Shown piece by piece: positions 58,167-64,000 of a stretch of DNA of 64,000 nt. The DNA comes from a virus: positions 1-64,000 of the IMG/VR virus record IMGVR_UViG_3300005921_000006; one strand, given 5' to 3'. The notes below the pieces were generated by a model, which was not told the DNA's origin, did not search any database, and was given only the letters and a program-made list of their open reading frames with translations. How positions within the stretch are numbered: position 1 is the stretch's first letter; every line of letters starts with the position of its first letter. The position numbers and the translations under genes were made by a program.

Positions 58167-58686
58167 CGAACTGGTGGAACTGGTTGCCGGTGGCACCATT
58201 ATCAATTGCCCGCTGGAACTTGTAAACGGTGCAAGCGTCGATGTAACGTTGTCGGAAAAAATCTACACGGAAATGCACCTTTACAACACGGTAGACTTCC
58301 GCGAGCGTCAGCCGTTGAAGATGCGGGAAGAAATTATCACCGAGTTGAACGGCTACCGTATCGAACCGGGAGAGTTTATCCTGGCGGCAACACAGCAGCT
58401 GTTTAATCTGCCGAGCGATATTGCCGCTGAGTTTAAACTTAAAAGCTCCACGGCAAGAGTAGGCTTAAACCATTTATCGAGCGGGTGGGCGGACCCCACA
58501 TGGCACGGCTCCGCGTTGACTTTGGAGTTCCACAACACCACGCGGTTTACGTCGATTCGGGTACGCCCCGGCGACCGGATAGGGCAGGTGGTGTTTTTCC
58601 GTTGCGCTCCTGTACCCGAGGAATACGCTTACGCCAAGCGCGGGCGCTACAACCGGGATGTTACGGCGCAGCCGATTAAGCCTTAA
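58150..58686 (+). CDS. dcd: dCTP deaminase
   Basis: 'NGASVDVTL', 'PGEFILA', 'KSSTARVGL', 'GWADP.W.G..LTLE', 'RIGQVVF', 'GRYN'. Confidence 0.9.
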   Translation: MLLSYNELVELVAGGTIINCPLELVNGASVDVTLSEKIYTEMHLYNTVDFRERQPLKMREEIITELNGYRIEPGEFILAATQQLFNLPSDIAAEFKLKSSTARVGLNHLSSGWADPTWHGSALTLEFHNTTRFTSIRVRPGDRIGQVVFFRCAPVPEEYAYAKRGRYNRDVTAQPIKP

Positions 58687-58695
58687 AATTAGGTA

Positions 58696-58724
58696 TTTAA
58701 AATTACCCGGTTTTAGGTTATAGT
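58696..58724 (+). promoter_or_regulatory. Sigma70-like promoter
   Basis: AAAATTAGGTA-TTTAAA-17 bp-TATAGT. Confidence 0.65.
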
Positions 58725-58757
58725 AGGTAAACGCGCCAAACGGAGGGCGCTGACGAA

Positions 58758-59129
58758 ATGAAAGTTCTAAGCGGATTGTTGGGAGCCGCCTTGGGAGCGG
58801 CTACTATTTTCTTCTTTGTTACGGCGGTACATGCACAGGAAAAACCCAAGCTGGAACAGGTAAAGCCCCTGGACGACAAGGAAAAACTCGCCGTGCGCAG
58901 CGCCCAGTTGAAGCTGCAACAGGCGCAATCGGCGCTAATCGCTTCTCCGCAGTACCAGGCGTTTCAGGCCAGGCAGCAGGCGCTCCAGCAGACCGTAGAC
59001 GCCCTTTACGCCGCCCATAAGGTTACGGTAAAGGAAGTAGCCCTGTGCGACGGTCCCGCGCCGGGAGACTGTGCCAAAGCGCTCGAGGGGGACTTGACGT
59101 TACAGCCGGTAGAGAAGGAGAAGAAATGA
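58758..59129 (+). CDS. Signal-peptide coiled-coil protein
   Basis: AVHA|Q signal; Gln-rich helix. Confidence 0.65.
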   Translation: MKVLSGLLGAALGAATIFFFVTAVHAQEKPKLEQVKPLDDKEKLAVRSAQLKLQQAQSALIASPQYQAFQARQQALQQTVDALYAAHKVTVKEVALCDGPAPGDCAKALEGDLTLQPVEKEKK

Positions 59130-59776
59130 ACCCCGTGGTGGATCGTTTACTAACCGGAGTCAGCCTCCTAGCCGCCATCAGCTTCCAGCACGCGCTAAAG
59201 CAGGGCGAACCGCTGATTGTGGAGCACCTTACGGACGATCTTCTTGCGCCCGCCTACATCCTCGCCAACGTCGCCCGCGACTTTAACACTCCACTGGTGG
59301 ACGACTACGCGCTGTTGCGCAAGCGCACGGACGAGGAGCTGGACGCGCCCCCGGCGCTGGTAGCGGACCTGCTGGCGGGCGCGGGGTTTAGCGACACCCC
59401 GCGTACGTACCCGGAAGCCGCTCACGCGAACTGCTCCGCTGACGAAGTACATATCGAATACCTACCCGTGGGCGCGACATTTTATTTTGACTGTGGCGGC
59501 GGTAAGACGCGGCGCGGAACTTTAATCAGCAAAACCGCCAGCCGCGCCGTGGTAGAGTGGCAGGGCAAAGCGGAGTCCCGAACGTTCCACGACAATAGGA
59601 ACGACAAGGACGTAACGATTACCAGCGCGGGCAATTACCGCCAGGGTTGCGCCCTGGACTGCCCCGTAACCCCGATTCACCGCGTTATCGCCCCGGAGGA
59701 CCGGACGTGGGCAGTCAATGCGTTTAAAGAGATGGTAGGGACGTTCGACGAACCGAAGAAAGGAAAACGGAAATGA
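59126..59776 (+). CDS. Hypothetical protein
   Basis: AAGGAG RBS; ATG at 59126. Confidence 0.6.
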   Translation: MNPVVDRLLTGVSLLAAISFQHALKQGEPLIVEHLTDDLLAPAYILANVARDFNTPLVDDYALLRKRTDEELDAPPALVADLLAGAGFSDTPRTYPEAAHANCSADEVHIEYLPVGATFYFDCGGGKTRRGTLISKTASRAVVEWQGKAESRTFHDNRNDKDVTITSAGNYRQGCALDCPVTPIHRVIAPEDRTWAVNAFKEMVGTFDEPKKGKRK

Positions 59777-59997
59777 CTTCGCCTGTCCTCCAGCAATTTG
59801 TTTATCCGCAACCTTTAGAACTCGCCACGACCAGTTACCTTTCTCAGTTTGTACACGTAGGCTGCGGCGGCTCCCCTCGGCCAATCCCTAGCCACCGCGA
59901 GCTGGGCTGCACCAACTGTAACCGGCTGTGGCCGTGGGAGCATACGCTGGGCGTGGCCGTGGCGGAGTCGGGTTTCGTATCGGCGGTGGTGGCGTGA
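59773..59997 (+). CDS. Small Zn-ribbon protein
   Basis: HxxC...CxxC. Confidence 0.5.
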   Translation: MTSPVLQQFVYPQPLELATTSYLSQFVHVGCGGSPRPIPSHRELGCTNCNRLWPWEHTLGVAVAESGFVSAVVA

Positions 59998-60566
59998 AAT
60001 CCTTTAAGCAGCGCCTAGCCGTAGTCGCCGCCCGCCCCGTCCCCGTAGAGGGAGCGCCGTTAGCGGAGCTGCTACAAGAATCGGTAAAGCAAGCCAAATC
60101 CGGTAAGCGCCCTAAGACCACCACGGCGATCCTGGGAAAAGGCGTAGCCGTGCAAATGACAGCGGAAGGCGAGTTCGTACTCCCCGAAGACGAAGGGCTT
60201 TGCGCGGACCTGCTTTACCGCGCCCGCAATCGCAGGCTCGAAATTGAACGGGAAGCCGAGCGCGTAGCCAAGCTGGAGTCCCTGCTAAAGCAGCATTTTA
60301 TCGAAACGCTTTCTGCGAACTCCACCGGGCTGGCGGGCCGCGAGGCGCTGGTAAAAGTGGAACCCAAGTCGGTGCCGCAGATTGGCGACTTTATGAAGCT
60401 GTGGCGCTACGCGGTAAAGCATAACGCGCCAGAGCTGTTCCAAAGGCGGTTAAATGAAACGTCGGCGAACGAAAGGCTGGACGACCCCAAGCAGGCCAAG
60501 AAGTTCCTGGCGGAGTCGGGCGTGACGATTTTTCACGCGAAGAAGGTGTCGTGCACAAAACTTTAG
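59994..60566 (+). CDS. Phage replication/recombination-module protein
   Basis: Coiled coil + 'P.I.DF.KLW.Y.....ELFQRRL' motif. Confidence 0.6.
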   Translation: MKSFKQRLAVVAARPVPVEGAPLAELLQESVKQAKSGKRPKTTTAILGKGVAVQMTAEGEFVLPEDEGLCADLLYRARNRRLEIEREAERVAKLESLLKQHFIETLSANSTGLAGREALVKVEPKSVPQIGDFMKLWRYAVKHNAPELFQRRLNETSANERLDDPKQAKKFLAESGVTIFHAKKVSCTKL

Positions 60567-60674
60567 CTTGCCTCCGTTGTTTCGTCGCCTACCCGTGCTG
60601 GGTAGTTTGTCTGTTCGCGGGCCAATGCCTGGAGTGTAGGGCGCGGCTGGAAGAAATTTGCGAGGAGGTGTTGA

Positions 60675-61094
60675 TTGGACAACAATAGGAAACATGCAGG
60701 TTGGCCGTTGGAGCCGCCCGAAAGCAACTTGTCTTTAAAAGGAAGTGAAGTAACCGCCAAGAAAGTTTTTCCACCTGTGGAGTGGTGGGAGGAAGATAAG
60801 TGGTGGATTTGGTGGTTGCGAGTTATTTGCCGCTGGCTTTGGCGCTCTCCAATACTCCGGGCGCGATGGGCAAAACGTCCTTACTACGGGCCGTTGTGGG
60901 ACGTTAAGGAAGGTTTCTTTTGGCAGCGTTGGATTTTTTCGCGCCGCTTTGTGCGGCGAGTTTGGGAAATAGGAAGCTATCAGGTGCAGGCAGCTAAACA
61001 TTTTGAACGTGTGTCAGCCGCTTACCACCGTACTTCTATTGTTGGCGAGGACGCGCCGCTAAATGGCTTTGACGAGCACGGAAGAAAGCTGTAA
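60675..61094 (+). CDS. Trp-rich hypothetical protein (start uncertain)
   Basis: ORF track. Confidence 0.45.
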   Translation: MDNNRKHAGWPLEPPESNLSLKGSEVTAKKVFPPVEWWEEDKWWIWWLRVICRWLWRSPILRARWAKRPYYGPLWDVKEGFFWQRWIFSRRFVRRVWEIGSYQVQAAKHFERVSAAYHRTSIVGEDAPLNGFDEHGRKL

Positions 61095-61122
61095 CAGTAT
61101 TTTAAATCCAAAGGAGGTCGCT

Positions 61123-61779
61123 ATGGCGACTAAAGAAGTAGTGGTAAAGCAGGCAGTCATTTCCGCTCCGAAGTTTGGGCGGGCAACGTTTGAACTAGTG
61201 GGAAGCGAAGTGCTGGTGGTTCATCGCTTTTCCGCCAAAACGAAAGCTCAGATGAAACAGAAAATGGAGCTAGGTAACGCTGGAGGTAACCGGAAGAACC
61301 GAGAAGCTAAGGCGACGGACGACTTATATAACGAAGCTCGTTACGTTAGCGCAGAAGGATGGGATGGATTCCACGCCGGAGCGCTGCGGGCGGCGTTAAT
61401 TTCGGCCTGTCGTCTGGTAGGCTTTAAGATGACCTTGGCCAAATTATCCATATTCGTGGAGGCTGATGGTCACGACGCCCAGGAACCGCAAATTCCTCTT
61501 ATTCGTATTTACGGTAAATCCGTAAAGCAAGAGGACATGGCCCGCGTTGAGACGGGGCAGCCTTACGTCACCGTCCGCGCCGCCTACCACGGTTGGATTG
61601 CGCGCCCAGTTATTCGCTGGGACACAAACCAGTTTACGCTAGAAGACGTAGCGAACCTGCTTACCCGTGTAGGGTTGCAAGTAGGTTTAGGCGAAGGCCG
61701 TCCCGACAGTAAGAACAGTGCGGGAATGGGTTGGGGGCTGTTTGAGCTGGGTAAAGCCCAGGAAAGGAAGGCCGCGTGA
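61123..61779 (+). CDS. RAMP/Cas7-like protein (Vipr-like RNA-guided effector candidate)
   Basis: AAGGAGG RBS; 'FELVGSEVLVVH', 'FHAGALRAALISA', C-terminal Gly loop 'GLQVGLGEGRP...GMGWGLF'; adjacent GGY-NN array. Confidence 0.75.
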   Translation: MATKEVVVKQAVISAPKFGRATFELVGSEVLVVHRFSAKTKAQMKQKMELGNAGGNRKNREAKATDDLYNEARYVSAEGWDGFHAGALRAALISACRLVGFKMTLAKLSIFVEADGHDAQEPQIPLIRIYGKSVKQEDMARVETGQPYVTVRAAYHGWIARPVIRWDTNQFTLEDVANLLTRVGLQVGLGEGRPDSKNSAGMGWGLFELGKAQERKAA

Positions 61780-62222
61780 AAAAGGATTTGGTAAAACAAG
61801 AGCTGTTGCGCATCGCTAAGGAACATGGCGGCGAATTGCGGGCGGAAGTGGTGGTGGATGCGGCGAAGAGCAAAACTTCGCCGCTCCACGATAAGTTTAC
61901 CTGGGACGACAGTGAAGCGGCAAAAGAGTATCGGCTGTGGCAGGCTCGTCAGCTTATTGTAAGTGTACGAGTTGAGTACGTTGGCGGCGAAGTGCAGGAA
62001 ATTGGACAGGTGTTTGTAAGCCTGACGCCGGACCGTGTTAAGGAAGGAGGAGGCTACCGCGTGCTGAGCGAGGTAATGACCAACAGCACTCGCCGTCAGC
62101 AGTTGTTGGAAGATGCTTACGCGGAGATGGAGCGTTTTCGTCAGAAGTACGCCGTGTTAAAAGAGCTGGCTGAAGTATTTACTGCGATGCGGAAAGTAAC
62201 AGGTCGTAAGAAAGCAGCGTAG
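61776..62222 (+). CDS. Accessory protein coupled to the RAMP-like gene
   Basis: GTGA overlap; 'VVDAA...SPLHDKFTWDDSEAAKEYRLWQARQLI'. Confidence 0.8.
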   Translation: MKKDLVKQELLRIAKEHGGELRAEVVVDAAKSKTSPLHDKFTWDDSEAAKEYRLWQARQLIVSVRVEYVGGEVQEIGQVFVSLTPDRVKEGGGYRVLSEVMTNSTRRQQLLEDAYAEMERFRQKYAVLKELAEVFTAMRKVTGRKKAA

Positions 62223-62711
62223 CAGGGAACGGGCACGGACTGTTGGGGTTTAGCTGAACCAGGTGCGGCGGGGTCAGGTTTTGCAGGCAAGGATAGGTCC
62301 GTTGGGGTGTGGTTCGATATGGTCGGGTTTTGCAGGCGTGGAACAGAATGGTGCGGAACAGCTGGGATTGCTGCGGTTTCGCAGGCACGGTGTGGAGAGT
62401 TCTGGGCGAGGTTTGTTCAGTTTTGGCAAGAACTTGGCAGGCACTAGACTCCTTTTACTTGGCGTGGATGAGCAGGTAAGTCGCGGACTGGTTTAGCAAG
62501 AAAAGGCTGGGTGTCGCTTTGCAGGCGAGGCTAGCATAGGTGTAGTTGGGTAAGGCGCGGAAGGTTTGGGCGAGGACTAGTAGGCTTTGCAGGCTGGGCG
62601 CTGAGTGGCGGCGGTAAGAAAAGGTTAGGCATGGTTTTGCAGGCGAGGCTGGCATAGGTGTGGTAGGTATTCGGCACGTTTTTGCAGGTTCGGCTTGGAG
62701 GAGCAGGTTTC
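62223..62711 (+). ncRNA. Array of ~9-10 putative guide RNAs built from GGY-NN pentamers, delimited by (T/C)GCA|GG
   Basis: GCAGG at 62222, 62283, 62332, 62381, 62437, 62472, 62521, 62589, 62639, 62684, 62703; 5-nt periodicity inside units. Confidence 0.75.
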
Positions 62712-62797
62712 AAAATGATTCTGAATACGGAAAAAGTAGAAGCGTACCATCCCGGCGTGTAACGCGCCGCTGGAAGAAATTTGCGTAGAGGAGTTAG

Positions 62798-63008
62798 TGT
62801 GCGGCGAGTACTAAAGACACCCCGCGTCTACGCTGTCCGGGTTACTTTCAAGACCGGAAAGATTGTAGACAAAATGCTGGGGATAGCTTTTACCGTTGCG
62901 CAGCGGCAAAAGTATTACGACTGGTTCCAGAACTACCGCTGGCAGGAACGCCACGGAAACGATCTTGCAGACGTAAAATTCTATAGTGAGAAAATAGGAG
63001 AAAACTGA
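62798..63008 (+). CDS. Hypothetical protein (start uncertain)
   Basis: AGGAG RBS before GTG. Confidence 0.5.
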
Positions 63009-63009
63009 A

Positions 63010-63795
63010 ATGCCAAAACCGCCACAGAAGAAAGACGCGCTTGTAAAATGGAAAGAACGTCTTGCTAACGCCGCCGCCAGCGCCACTAAGGTTGTTGCCC
63101 AGGTGGGGGGTGGAGGAAACTTCATCTCTCTCAAGTCCGGTGTACTTTCCTACCAAAAGGCGATTATCCCAGAAAACAAAATGCGGGTAATCGTGCTGGC
63201 CCAGCTGCTGGAAAACCAATATTACGACCAGCCCTTCGAGGAAGGCTCCCCCGCTTCCCCAGCGTGCTACGCCTACGGCACTACCGACCGTAAGACCATG
63301 AAGCCCGACCCGGAGCAGGTAGAGCACCCGGTAAGCGATAAATGCGACGGCTGCGAAAATAAAGAATTCGGCACTGCCGACCGGGGTAAGGGCAAAGCGT
63401 GCGCCGACGTAATGCGGTTAGCGATGATCACGGAAGGCGACCTGGGCGAGCTGGAAACCGCCGAAATCGCTTATATGAAGATTCCGTACTTCACCACGTT
63501 GGAGTGGGCCGGGTATGTGCGGCAGCTGAGCGACGTACATCACATTTCCCCGGTGGGTGGTACGGACGCGGACGGCGCGGTGCCTCCGGGGTTTATCACC
63601 CAGTTGGAAGTAGTGCCGGACAAGAAAAGCCAGTTTCGCGTAAAGTTCAAGATGGTAGAAAAAATCGAGTTCGACGAAAAGAGCTTTACGGAGCTAGCGG
63701 CGCGGACGGCGGAAGCGCTGAAGTCGATTGCGTTTCCGTATCCGCGTTTTGATACCGTGAAAGAACAACCTAAGAAAGGAAAAGCGAGGCGCTAA
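63010..63795 (+). CDS. Putative ssDNA-binding/annealing protein
   Basis: 'FISLKSG', 'YY..PF....PACY', 'C..C....FGTA..GKGKAC' motif; replication-module context. Confidence 0.55.
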   Translation: MPKPPQKKDALVKWKERLANAAASATKVVAQVGGGGNFISLKSGVLSYQKAIIPENKMRVIVLAQLLENQYYDQPFEEGSPASPACYAYGTTDRKTMKPDPEQVEHPVSDKCDGCENKEFGTADRGKGKACADVMRLAMITEGDLGELETAEIAYMKIPYFTTLEWAGYVRQLSDVHHISPVGGTDADGAVPPGFITQLEVVPDKKSQFRVKFKMVEKIEFDEKSFTELAARTAEALKSIAFPYPRFDTVKEQPKKGKARR

Positions 63796-63797
63796 AA

Positions 63798-64000
63798 ATG
63801 GAACGAGCGCTGAATAGTATTAACGAAACGCTGAAAGAAGCGGTGCACGAACTGCGCTGGATACGGGAGCTGCTGGAAAAGGCTCCCGTAGGGTTTACAA
63901 TAAAGGAGACAGCCCTCCCCGATGTCGCGGGTAAGAATTACCCGTGGAGGCCGGTGCCTAATTTAACCCCGACTCAAGAAAAGGAGTTTAAATTTCCCAC
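63798..64000 (+). CDS. Hypothetical protein, 3'-truncated
   Basis: ATG at 63798, open to window end. Confidence 0.45.
   Translation, partial: MERALNSINETLKEAVHELRWIRELLEKAPVGFTIKETALPDVAGKNYPWRPVPNLTPTQEKEFKFP

Larger units (their letters stand above)
60628..62785 (+). repeat. 35-bp imperfect direct repeat (60628-60662 / 62751-62785; 30/35 identical) flanking the RAMP-array cassette
   Basis: Shared core GCTGGAAGAAATTTGCG. Confidence 0.8.

Noticed and set aside
62223-62711. Canonical CRISPR array
   Set aside because: The constant part is only ~5-10 nt, the intervening sequence is itself periodic, and there are no adaptation or interference cas genes
62179-62713. Short ORFs over the array (62263..62496 +; 62179..62388, 62455..62655 and 62531..62713 -)
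   Set aside because: No convincing RBS, mutually overlapping, low complexity; 5-nt rather than 3-nt periodicity argues for non-coding
1-64000. Integrated prophage boundary or alternative genetic code
   Set aside because: No integrase, att-linked tRNA or host genes; core genes are intact in the standard code and use all three stop codons

Overview
This window is a large part of a tailed dsDNA phage genome with a contractile tail (myovirus-like); no integrase or host genes are visible. It has three blocks. (1) 1-8.6 kb, + strand: small early genes and a thymidine-hypermodification cluster (AADT/aGPT-Pplase2, CX5R phosphatase, P-loop kinase, inserted HNH, 5-HMUDK/aGPT-Pplase1, dUMP-hydroxymethylase-like enzyme, deoxyribosyltransferase-like protein, DUF3310). 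(2) 8.6-51 kb, - strand: terminase, portal, MuF, prohead protease, capsid, neck, sheath/tube, a frameshifted tail chaperone, tape measure-SLT, baseplate, fibres and lysis-type genes, interrupted by many Cys-rich proteins with Sec-type signal peptides. (3) 51.8-64 kb, + strand: a putative GTTAC-iteron origin, primase-helicase, J-domain protein, dCTP deaminase and an SSB-like gene. The standout is 61.1-62.7 kb: a RAMP/Cas7-like gene, a partner gene, and a ~490-nt non-coding array of ~49-nt units built from 5-nt GGY-NN pentamers and separated by (T/C)GCA|GG junctions. The cassette is flanked by a 35-bp imperfect direct repeat. It looks like a non-CRISPR, phage-encoded RNA-guided system (VIPR-like). 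All family assignments come from motif recognition by eye, not from database searches.
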